Translations under genes and position numbers: made by a program
In this document: positions 1 through 10,741 of the stretch, piece by piece
Position numbering within the stretch: position 1 is the first letter of the stretch
Layout: the number at the start of each line of letters is the position of its first letter
Assembly (NCBI RefSeq): GCF_030144855.1
Contig: NC_082714.1
Location: 132,432,001-132,496,000 of the forward strand
Length of the DNA: 64,000 nucleotides
DNA from: Hypanus sabinus
Taxonomy: Eukaryota
Direction: 5' to 3'
The notes under the pieces: generated by a model
Database searches by the model: none
What the model was told of the DNA's origin: nothing
Seen by the model: only the letters and a program-made list of their open reading frames with translations

Positions 1-236
1 TACCCCTGAGATGAATTCCTTCCTCCTGACCAATATTTCTCCTTGATAATAGATGACAGATTATTTGACTGCATCTTATTTGTTTTTGGACCTCAGCATT
101 CACTCCCTTTCCTGAAAAGAGCAAATGTACATTATTCCACCTCACCAGCACCTGCATTCAACAGATCATCCAAGCAATTTCTGTTACTTTCTACAAGATA
201 TACGTCATATACAGAGATGCCATATCTCAAGAGTAT

Positions 237-342
237 ACCTGAGCCTCCAGGTGCCCGTGCGTCAATACTTTACACCCTCACTCGGACTTCTGTACCTGTC
301 ATAACCGAGTCCCAAGTTAATTTCAGGAACAGGACCTCAACT
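237..342 (+). mobile_element. Penelope-like element (GIY-YIG C-terminal) remnant, copy 1
   Basis: Aligns by eye to 927-1035 and shares the 17-mer TCTGTACCTGTCATAAC (289-305 vs 983-999). Confidence 0.55.
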
Positions 343-384
343 TAAGAAAGACCATAAGATATAGGGGTAGAATTAGGGCATTTT

Positions 385-703
385 GCACAGAGAAAGGCGC
401 TGCTACTTCACAGCTTTAGCAACCTGGATTCAATCTTGCTCTCCAATACTGTCTGCATGGATTTTGCACATTATCCCCATGTTCCCCTTGCGTGCTCTCG
501 TTTTCTCCCACAAACAAAAGATGTGGTTGATTAATTGGTTACTATAAATCGTCACTAGTGTGCAGATAATGGTAGAATGCAATGAGTGTTGATGGGATTA
601 TGGGGTGGATAAAAATGGGAATTATATAAATGGGTGCTTGATGATGCGTGCAGACCTAATAGGCCACAGACCTGTTTCTAAGCTGTTGGACTCCATGATT
701 CTA
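385..703 (+). mobile_element. tRNA-derived SINE (elasmobranch HE1-like), decayed
   Basis: B-box-like GGATTCAATCT followed by CTGTCTG; core CTCCCACA...TTAATTGGT; CR1-like tail GGCC..AGACCTGTTTCTAAGCTGT. Confidence 0.65.
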
Positions 704-1095
704 TTCCACCACGACATTCTGAGAGATGTATCGCTCACTGCTCTGTTCTTCCTTCTCCGCCAACAACTCTCCTTCTCACAGTACATTGCAGGAGTTGCCA
801 TACAAAAAATGTGGTTGATTACCTCTTCCCATTCCACCATCCAGTTTAGTGTCCTGCATTCAGTGCCCACATTGTGGTAAATGAAATGCAGATCGTGTTA
901 CCACTTTGCAGAGTCACAGCAGTGAACCTGAGTTTCCAGTTGCTTGCACCTCAATTCTCCACATTCCACTCTCTCCCTGATCTCTGTACCTGTCATAACA
1001 GGGTCCAACGTAAGCCTGAGAAACTGCATCTCAACTTCTATCTGGGCATGCAGCAACCTTCCGGACTTGATGTCAAATTCAACAATACCAGGTAA
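704..1095 (+). mobile_element. Penelope-like element remnant (GIY-YIG endonuclease C-terminus)
   Basis: ORF 874-1095 ends CHNRVQRKPEKLHLNFYLGMQQPSGLDVKFNNTR*, the same C-terminal pattern as the Penelope-like copy at 60.4-60.9 kb (RLEEQHLIF.LGSL..DGMNIDFS). Confidence 0.7.
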
Positions 1096-2484
1096 CAAAA
1101 AAAAAAATCATCGTTTCTGCCTGGTTAATTGTTTGCCTGTCTTCTTTGTTGTGGAGTAAAGTTTCCGGATGATAAATGTGTTCAAAGCTTTTCCTTTGCA
1201 AGTAGGTGCATCACTGCTCCACTCAGTGGTGAGACCAACACCAGTATGTGAACTCAAGCTCTTCTTTGACTTCTGCCTTGTGCAGTGGAAGCCTGAGACA
1301 GGCTGAGCCACAATGGGCTGTCGGGAAGAGGTATCCTAAGGAACTGACAGCTATCAACCAACATGGATTGGTGCAACTTCTGAGAGATGTGACGTTAGGT
1401 TTATAGAATGTTCCCTGGCAGCTGACAAAACTAGGGGAAGTTCTGACATTGTTCAGGTAGTGGTACTTTTCTGGGCTGGGCTGTGACTTGAAGATTACAA
1501 AGAATTAGACTGAATGAAATCACATCAAGAAGAATGGTGGACGTGGACTTGTTAATTAATCTTGGGATATAACTGAGGACTTGGAAAGGGAAAAAGCTGC
1601 TTGGCATTTTGACAGATAATGCTCAGTAGAAGCATAATAATATGATCACACATCTCCGGCTGTATCTGAGTGATTTACAGCTGCAGCTCACACAGATTCA
1701 TTGTACCATGTAGCAGCAAAATTTGAATGGAAAGATTTGCATTTCAAGCACGACAGATATTCTCTCCACAGCTAACATCATAAAATATTGCAAATTCAAC
1801 AATGATTAATTAAAAAAATATTTCTAAGAAATTGATGGGGAGTACAGTGATATAGTTTATCATGCAGAGATGAGATGGTTCGGCAGGGTTGTTTTATAGT
1901 CACATTATGGGAGGAAGCCCTCTCACAAAGCTCCCTTGGAGAATGCTCAGTGCCTTTGTGATCTTTCTTTACTGCTCATTTTAATGTTCTGAATGTTCAA
2001 TTTCAGGGGAAAGTGTCATAATGTCTGACTTTGTCAGCTAAATTGCACGAGTTCAGACTAAATTGAACATTTCTGTGCAGAGCTGCAAAAGGTGATGTAT
2101 CCCACCTTCCTACCAGTCAGCTGAGCCTTCTCCCCGCCACCCACGATGGTGACCCAGAGTGGGCCTGCATTCATTTAGCTGTAATTCCCAGAACTTTGAA
2201 GAGAAAAAAGGTGAATAAAGTTCTTCCAGCTTTCACAGAATCAAACTGGACTTTATCAAACTTCTATGGTTGATGATAATCTGATCCATTAGGATGTTGG
2301 TTGGATCAAAAAATCATTCTGTTATTGTGTCATCAGGCTGTGATGGGACAATCAAATTACGCTGCCTAATATCAGTACGTGTCATAATTCCGTGCATTTT
2401 AAATAAGGAGGTGATTTAACAGTTTGTTGCTTCAATGAAGTGTTAACACAAATTAGGGGTTAATAATAATTTGGTTGTTATGTA

Positions 2485-2706
2485 CAGTGCCTATAAAAAG
2501 TATTCACCCCTTTTTTCATGTTCTGTTTTGTTTAACAATATTGAACATTAATTTGACTTTTTTTTTGACACAGATCAACAGAAAAACTCTTTAGTGTCAA
2601 AGTGAAAACAGATCTCTACAAAGTGATCTAAATTAATTAGAAATATAAAACACAAACGAATTGATTGCATTAGTATTCACCACCCTTTAATATGATGCAT
2701 TAAATC
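2485..2706. mobile_element. Tc1-family transposon terminal fragment (IR/DR type)
   Basis: TA|CAGTGCCTATAAAAAGTATTCACCCC terminus, and an inner direct repeat AGTATTCACC at ~2672. Confidence 0.75.
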
Positions 2707-2707
2707 A

Positions 2708-3528
2708 AAGTGTTCCTTTACCTTAAACTCCTCTAATCAATTTTGATGTATTGCACAACATCCAATCCAGAAAGGCTGATTCCCTGGTGGGTTCTGCCAT
2801 GATCTGCACAAAAGATTGGCACGCTCTACCTCGTTGGCAGTTAAGTATATTTCATGATTGTATACAATAATTTTTCCTTTTTGAGAGTCTGATGCGGCTA
2901 GTGTTGATGACATGGAGTTTGTGATGATTTGTCAGCAGATTTTAGAAACGGCTAATTTATATTGTTTTTATTGAAGAAATGATTGCCGAATTCCAATGAA
3001 GCAAAGGGAGTGAAGAACAAAAGAATTGCTAGTCCATTTGTAGCAGAAAGACTTAATGAAGCAGTCGAAAATATAACACTGAAAGTTCATGAGGTCAGGA
3101 CTGAGCAGTCAGGAGAAATATTTAGGTACAATACAGAAATATGTTACCTGTGTGTATTGTCATGATGCAAAAGTTGCCAGAGAATTTGCAAGGGGGAAGA
3201 AGGACGAGTGATATTTGCAAACTTGACTTTTTAAAGCATCATTTAGCAAACAAAGCAATATGGATGGTGTGCAAAAGCTCTGGCAAGAAAACCCTTCATT
3301 ACCCACTACAGGCCTGCTACATATGTTTTGTGAGAATACAGATGAACGAAAGCGAGAATGATCAAACGCAGAGGAGATCAAAGTTCTTGTTGACAGTGCT
3401 TTGCTAGCTGTTAAACTGAATACTCTATATATAAAATTCAGTGAGCACACGTTGTCGTCACCGGGCAAAAAATTGCACAGCAAAAGATTTTTGCACACAC
3501 TGGTCATTACAAATTAGAGTGCACATTG
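2708..3528 (+). mobile_element. Internally deleted hAT transposon (ZNF862-like N-terminal zinc-finger region)
   Basis: Frameshifted CVYCHDAKVAREF...KLDFLKHHL peptide. Ends AGTGTTCC... and ...TTAGAGTGCACATTG resemble CAGTGTTCCCTCTAA-type TIRs. Confidence 0.55.
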
Positions 3529-3670
3529 CTTGTGGGCATTTTACAAATTGCCCCTCTTGGGATCCACTACCAACCTGATTTTTCCAATCTACCTGCACAA
3601 TGAAATTCCCCATGACTACCATAACATTACCCTTTCCATGTGCATTTTCTGTCACTCATTGTAATTTGGA
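3529..3670 (-). mobile_element. CR1 LINE endonuclease fragment
   Basis: ORF 3458-3655 reads VVMGNFIVQVDWKNQVGSGSQEGQFVKC, matching the CR1 EN motif VIMGDFN..IDW (compare 30672-31022). Confidence 0.75.
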
Positions 3671-3729
3671 TGTCAATATATAACTTTTATAAGGAACATT
3701 TTACCCTTGCAGCTTCTTACCTCTGTCCT

Positions 3730-4980
3730 CAATGATTCTACATCTTTGTCTACTTTGTCTGCCACAGAGAAAGTCATTGCAAAGGTCCTTCTCAGCCGCC
3801 TCCTGCTGAAGAGCTGTTCCCGAATCACAGTGTGGATTCTATCTATATAGAGGCACACTGGATATGACCCCAAGACAGGTTCAGCAACACGAGCACCCTT
3901 TCCTAGCCTTGTTTTCATTTCTTAAGGGCTTTTAACAATGTCAAACACGAGGAACTGCATGGTTGCACTTCCTCTCCAAAGGTTTTCCTACGGGAGCAAA
4001 TGTAAAGAAACAGGATAAGTTGGAAATTGTCCAATCTTGCCTATCTTTACTCCATAGTCAAGGTCATTCCAACTTTATATTGAGCTGCAGTGACAGACAA
4101 TGTTTGAGTATGCACACGTTCACAGGCTAAACTCTAAACCATTGTTGACTTATTCACTGAAGTATTCTAGAGAAAGGGCCTTGCACATAGCATCTGCAAA
4201 AATTGGGGCTCTGCTGGACAACACCACCCTTCAACAGCAGAAGTCCTTGACAAATTCTGGAAAAGGATGCATTGCCTCCTGTGCTTCAGGAGCCATCTTT
4301 CAATGAAGGCAGACACCAGTGGTGCAACAGCACAAGCTTTGACTTTCCGAGGAAAATGGCATTTGAAATTCAGGATTTCGAGAGCTGTACAAAAAAAAAG
4401 ATCATGCCCCCTTGTACACTTTTGAATTGGGAAATACCCACAGCTGACTTCTCAAAGCACTAGAGAGATAGAAATATTTTCCTCTCAGCAAAACAATGAA
4501 CATCAGCATTCCCTCCACAGCCCATCCCTCATTCTAAGGCTCTAATTACTCACAGCCAACTTTGATATGCAGGTCACTTTGTCTGCACACCTAGCATCAC
4601 ATCCCTGAAAGTGGCAGTTCTGTTCCAAGTTCTGTCACAGCAAGGGATTATCATACAGATGAAATTATTGTGTGGTTTTCTCAAAGGCTGAATAAATAAA
4701 GGGTATATTCTCACTGACACAAATCCCATGCCCGCTCAAGATGAGAAAGGGCATTCGAGATGGCACTGAGCACAGTGTACATGGATCAGGAGCACACAAT
4801 TGCCCAGGATGAAGAGTGGCATGAAAATACTATGTAATGAAAAGACCCATTTTCCTGCCCCATTAAGCTCTATCTGCCCCATCAGTCTCTGGGTTCCACA
4901 CTGGTCTTATCAGCCCATTCAGAACCCACAGAAATGCAGTTAAAGCAAGTCAGATTCAACCCTGCCTAAGAAAGAAGAGA
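3730..4980 (+). mobile_element. RTE-clade LINE, highly decayed 3' part
   Basis: Encodes remnants of LSATEKVIAKVLLSRL..EELFPESQCGF..RGTLDM, with a 3' end GLIS..RTH followed by CTGCCTAAGAAAGAAGA. Confidence 0.65.
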
Positions 4981-6739
4981 TAAGAAATAGTCAATGTCTC
5001 CCATGAATTACTAGTTCTATACTATTGGCTCACTTTGTGTTGAATATCCAAATTATATTACTTAAAAACTGTAAACAAAAAGATTAACTGAGTTAATTTT
5101 CCACATATGCTTTTATGACTGTCTGTGGTCTAATACCTAAATGTATTCCCAAGAAATCGTGACCTTAATGTTCAATAAAAAGATACTTTAATATGACATT
5201 TATTATAATGCTGACTCTTATGTGTTACAGTGGAGGCAACAAAGAGGATTTAATAATTTGTATGTTGCAAGCAAAGGAAACAAAATAAACAATGGCCCTC
5301 ATTCAATCCAGGGAAATAAACCCAAACCAAATATTGCAGACGTAATTCAACCAACAAGTAATTGAAAGATTTATAATAATATCTGAACATGGTGATAATG
5401 TAATTTCAAATGAAATCATTTACATCTGGAAAGGATCCATTTTTAAATCAATTTCTTGGAATGATGGTCAGAAAGTAAGGAGTAGATAGCTTTTATAGAT
5501 TCTTAATTTGCTCCGTAAAGAATATTCATAATAAATCCTGTCAGAAAATGGGCTAGACATTTAAAAATCTGATAACTGTGCAATGCCCTAATACTGGCAG
5601 CAGGAAAAATATAATTCAGCATCTCAATGAGTCTGTGCTCAGCTTGAACCACAGATGCCATCGTCACTTAGTGTTAGTCTGAAGAGACCACAGACCCTTA
5701 AGTTTTAAAAGTTGCTTTAAGTCCTTGTAAATGAATCAGGGAGCCAATCTGTTACCCATTAAATCTTCCATTTGTCTTGTGTTTATTAACTGACTGTCAT
5801 TTGATTCTATTGCTGGATCCCAAATAGATATACTTTCTGCAATAAAAATGCTGTATTTCTTTAGCTGATTGACATAGTCCTTCAAAAAATGGGGACATAG
5901 GAGCCTTTGGGTATTGCATTAGATGCAGGCAGACATTTAATACAGCTTCAGGACATGCTGCCTACTGGAATTAATGGCTCAACTTTGACAACTGAGATGC
6001 TTTTGACAGACGTTTCCTGCATTTTGCAACCAGCGAGGGTGCTGCCATAGAAAGGCATGCTGTTAGACATCGTCTGCTACTGTAGGGCAGCAGACAGAAT
6101 GGCTTCTGACTGGAGTGGTGGGTGGTAATGCATGATAAGTGCAAGCACCATGATCAGAGACTCAGTTTCCATTTCACAGTCACCATCACACCTTTCATCC
6201 CACTTGCTTGTTGCTGCCTTCAATGAGCTGCTGAACACTTGGCTGCCGGTCAGACGTGCACTGACCATCCAAGTCCACGGTAACTGCCAGTCTATAAAAG
6301 TTGACTTTCAGCAGATGAAAGTCATTGGCTACAGGCCTGCAATTGTACCTGTGAAATTGCATCATTTAATGCTTTGTACAATGAATCTTTTACATTATCA
6401 CAAAAGCTCAAAGTATCATGTCTCTCATGCACCAAGCACTAATAATGTGACTGGGACATCACATATTGCTTTTGGGGCAGTGTCTTCACAAGATGGGTGA
6501 CCCAGCCATTCCTAACAATGAAGCTGGAGGAATAGTTGACAGTTGCAACTGCAGAGGGGAATATGAAATTTAGAATTAAGAGTAATATTTTAATAATAAT
6601 TACTTACTCCAAATATGCATATTAAAAAACTTGTATATGATATGTTGCTTACATAGCAGTAGTTTGGCCAACATAATTACTGCATGTACATGTGGTCATT
6701 ATATATTTAAACATGTAAACAAACTTTTCAGTAGCCAGT

Positions 6740-8430
6740 GGAATCATATAGCAGAAAAATAGGTCCATCTCGCCTTTTCTGACTGTAATAGTCACATTTT
6801 CCAACATTAGACCTTCATTGCTTCTAAGCCTTTTCTATACATGTACCTGTCTAAATGCCTTTAAATATTTAATTGTATCTACCTCTGCCATCTTCTTCAA
6901 CAGCTTGTTCCAGATAACTACCACTGTGAAAAAACTTGCCCCTCAAATTTCCTTTAAAGTTCCCTCCTCTCACCTAAAACCTGTTCCCTTTAGTTCAAGA
7001 CTTCACGGCCCTGCAAAAAGGACCCTACCTATCCTATACTTCTCTCTCACAATTATTATTACTCTTTTAGGTTACCCATCTGCCTCCCACTTTCCAATGA
7101 GAATAAACCCCGAATCTTTATAACCTCAGTTCTCCATTCCAGGCAAAGCCCTTGAGAATCTCTTCTGCACTCTTGTTATTACTACCATATCCTTCCTGAA
7201 GTGCAGGGACCAGAATTTTACAGAAAACTCCTAATACAGCCTCATCAACGCTTTGTACAGCTGCATCATGACATCACAACTCTTGAATTCAGTGCCTCAG
7301 CCTGTGAAACAAACATACCAAATGTCTATTTAGCTACCCTATTCGCCTGTGTGACCTTTTCAGGAAGCTATAAATTTGCATCCAAAGATCTCTTCCTAAG
7401 GTCCTTGCCCATTACCAAAATTTGTCTTCCCAAAATACATTAACTCAATTGCCTGGATTAGATTCCATCTGCTGCTGTTCCGCCCAGCTGTGTGTACACA
7501 CACGTACACACACACACACACACACACCATTTACTACAGACTTTCAATCAGGTAAGCACCTATCTCCAGTACTATCTCTTCCTTTCTAACACAAGCCAAT
7601 TTTTGAACCTGTTTGCCATCATGCCTTGGATAACTCTGAACTTTGCCAAAGGTCTTACTAAAGTCTATGCAAACTATGTCTTCTACTCTGTTGTTATTGA
7701 TTTTCTTAGTCACCTGCACAAAAAAAACAAGAGATTTGAGAGACATGATCGCCCGGCAACAAGCAAAGCCTACTCCTTTTACCAGTCCCTGCTTTTCCAT
7801 ATGAACATAAATCCTGTCCCTCAGAATCTTCTCCAGTAACTTCCCTACATTTGATCTAAGGCTCACAGGCCTGCAGTTTCCAAACATATCTCTACTGCCC
7901 GAGGAGCCAACATTCTCTGTCCTTCAGCCCTCTATTCCCTCATTCATCATCAAAGCAGATCAAAGTAGCAGCTTCCTCCTCCAATGCTTCCATTGATACC
8001 CTAGGATAGATTGGATCAGGCCTGGGGATTTTTCCACACTAAAACATTTCTAACATGCCTTCAGAAACCGGTGTATACTTCCTTTACCCTACTATCTTGG
8101 TATCCGCTCTCCTTGGTCAATACTATGTAGTACCTTGTTCATATCCCCTGGCTCAACAAAGACTACCTCCTTGGTTTCTAAGCAGAAGTAATATTTCCCT
8201 GGCTACTCTCTTGTTTCTAACATACTTATTATAAGTTTTAAGATCATCCTTGACAATGTTATTTTTGGCCCCTTTGTACCCTCCTAACTTCCCAAGTTCT
8301 TGCCATAACCCCTATAAACCTCAATACCAATTACTTATTCCTGAAATTGTTTCCTTCTTTTCCCGAATAAAACCTCAAATATTCTTTGTTAAATAAAATA
8401 ACCATCTTTACCTTCTACACTTACAGGAGA
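6740..8430 (-). mobile_element. CR1 LINE, decayed
   Basis: ORF 7534-7887 reads GNCRPVSLRSNVGKLLEKILRDRI...IDFSKTFGKV (RT). CR1 3' end near 6740. Confidence 0.8.
7496..7526. repeat. (CA)n microsatellite
   Basis: ACACACACGTACACACACACACACACACAC. Confidence 0.9.
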
Positions 8431-9099
8431 TTCTGTGAGTATCATGGCTCAGATCTAGAAATCAGTCAGTCTTGATATAATTAGGAAAAGTATTTATATC
8501 ATGTTTTTAAAATTTTAAGACCAACTTCAATCCATTAAAAATAGCTTTTGTTAGTGGCAGATGGAATTGTTTACATGTCAAGCTATATAACTATATACAC
8601 AATTCTAATTTGTTTCACTGCTTAATGGCGACACTGCTTGAATAACATTATGCTCACTCCACCGAGCAGCCTAATTTGAATAGAAGTTGCCAGATGTGTA
8701 CCTGGTACAGGTATCATATAGGCATTATATTTTATCACAAGAATTTATTAAGAGCAGTCAACTTTGGGCAGCTTGCCCTGGTGAATATGTTCTACAATTA
8801 ATTATATGTAGAAAGTATGGGCTTGGATTGAGCTTAAGGTCTTCAGTTGCAAACACAACCATCTAACTGTAAACAGAATGGTATTGTACAGATGAAGAAA
8901 GTATGCAAACTCAGAATAAACAAATCATATAATATGGTTTGCCTTAATTTGATTCAATTAATTTTAAAAGTGATGCATATGAATCTGATCCAATGATTTA
9001 TATGTATATTTTTCAAACTTAGAATAAACTCTTTTTCAGGCTGGTCATCTTTGAAGCATATAAGCTGTGATTTGAGCTTTCTTCTTTGTGGATCAGACC

Positions 9100-9710
9100 C
9101 TTTAAAGGGCCGATGGAGAATCCAGCATAACCTAAAAATGAGGAGGAACTAGTCACTACTGTCTGCCTTCCCTACATTGCCACAGTTTCTGGATGAATCA
9201 CCAGGATCCTGAAGAAATACCAGATTAATACCATCTACAAACCCGTAAGGAAGCTCAAATCACAGCTCATGTGGGTCAAAGATGACCCGGGACTCAGGGT
9301 GGCTGCTGTTCACAGGGTTCCCTGTGGATGCAGAGCAGCACATATCAGCCAGTTGACACACACAGTGGAAACCTGCATCAAGGAGCACGGGAGTTGTATG
9401 CACTTAGGTTACCCGGAGAAATCGACGGTAGCAGAACGTTACATTCTCAGCGGCCATAGGATTGACTTCAATGGCACAAAACTCCTGTGCCAAGCCAATG
9501 GCTTTTGGGACTGCCTGGTGAAGGAAGCCATTGAAATAAAACTAGAGGAAAAGTATTTTAATGAAGATGAAGTTCTCACTGTAAGTAAGAACTGGAATTT
9601 GATTGTAAACAAGGAGGTACAGTGGAAACATGATTGGACGAGGACCAACCAATCAAGAGGGACGGATGATAGGGGTATAAATACCATCAGACCAGACAAA
9701 CCCAGGCATC
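9100..9710 (+). mobile_element. Penelope-like element 3' part (GIY-YIG endonuclease and start of terminal repeat)
   Basis: LPYI..VS..I.RILKK..I..IYKP..KL...KD..G..VHRVPCGC..HISQ..IKEH..STVAE..GHRIDF..VKEAIEI..FNEDE..SKNW, followed by CCAATC and TATAAATA. Confidence 0.85.
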
Positions 9711-10035
9711 CTGTAGGTCATCCTTGGGCAAGGTGTTAGCATCTACTTAGACCTCCAATCAGGGTCATGTGAAGCCATAGGGATAAGTGGTGGATGAGCG
9801 TATGAATAGCTGGTGCATATCACAAGTTCTATAAAACCACTGACAATCCACTGACAGGCAGACAATCCCTGAAGAATATTGAGAATTGTTGGGTCACCCT
9901 TCTTGTAAAGACACTGCCCCCAAAGAAGGCAATGGCAAACCACTTCTGTGGAAAAATTTACCGAAGAGCAATCATAGTCATAGAAAATCCATGATCGCCA
10001 GAGTCATATGACACACCACATAATGATCATGATGA
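9711..10035 (+). mobile_element. Non-autonomous SINE-like element with RTE/BovB-type motif
   Basis: Contains GAAGGCAATGGCAAACCACTTC (~9924-9946) and ends in an ATGATCATGATGA tail. Confidence 0.55.
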
Positions 10036-10049
10036 CAGACAGGTTAAGT

Positions 10050-10345
10050 GCATGCAAGCTTTGTCCCGTGAAGGTGGTCGAGACCAGAACTAGAAGTCAT
10101 AGGGTTAGAGTGAAAAGTGAAATATTTAAGGGGAATCTGAGAGGCAACTTCTTCACTCAGAGGGTGATGCAAATATGGAACGAGCATCAGTGGAAGTGGT
10201 AGATGCAGGTTCAATTGTGATATTTAAGAGAATTTCGGGTAAGTACAGGGATGGGGGGGATATAGAGGGCTACAGTCTGGGAGCATGTGAATGGGGCTAA
10301 ACAAGAGGGATGGGATCAGATGGGTTGCTGAGCCTTTTTCTGTGC
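10050..10345 (+). mobile_element. CR1 LINE 3' end
   Basis: RTRSHRVRVKSEIFKGNLRGNFFTQRVMQIWN. Confidence 0.85.
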
Positions 10346-10349
10346 TGTA

Positions 10350-10660
10350 GTTCTCTGACTCAATCAAACCCTTCCTTCCTACAAAGCACATGACCCTCCA
10401 TTTTTTTTTCATCCATGTGCCAAGATGAGTCTTTTAAATGCCTCAGTTGTATCAGACACTATCACCACACCTGGCAGTATGTTCCCAGCACCCTCAACTC
10501 TCTGTGCAAAATCCTTCCTCTGCGATCTCCCCTAAACTTTCCCCCATTAACCACAAAAGGATGTCGTCCAGTATTGGCCACTGCTGCTCTTGGTAAAATA
10601 CGCTGGCCTTCTACTTTCAATGTGCCTCTCATAAGCTTATATACATCTAATAAGCCACAC
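10350..10660 (-). mobile_element. CR1 LINE 3' end, tail-to-tail with the previous copy
   Basis: DVYKLMRG...TGRHPFVVNGGKFRGDRRGRILHREL within ORF 10462-11001. Confidence 0.8.
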
Positions 10661-10741
10661 AGGGCCAGTACTTCTGCGTAATAATTTCCTGCTCTAAACA
10701 TAATAATAATAATGATAATTATTATTAAAATTAAAAAAAAA

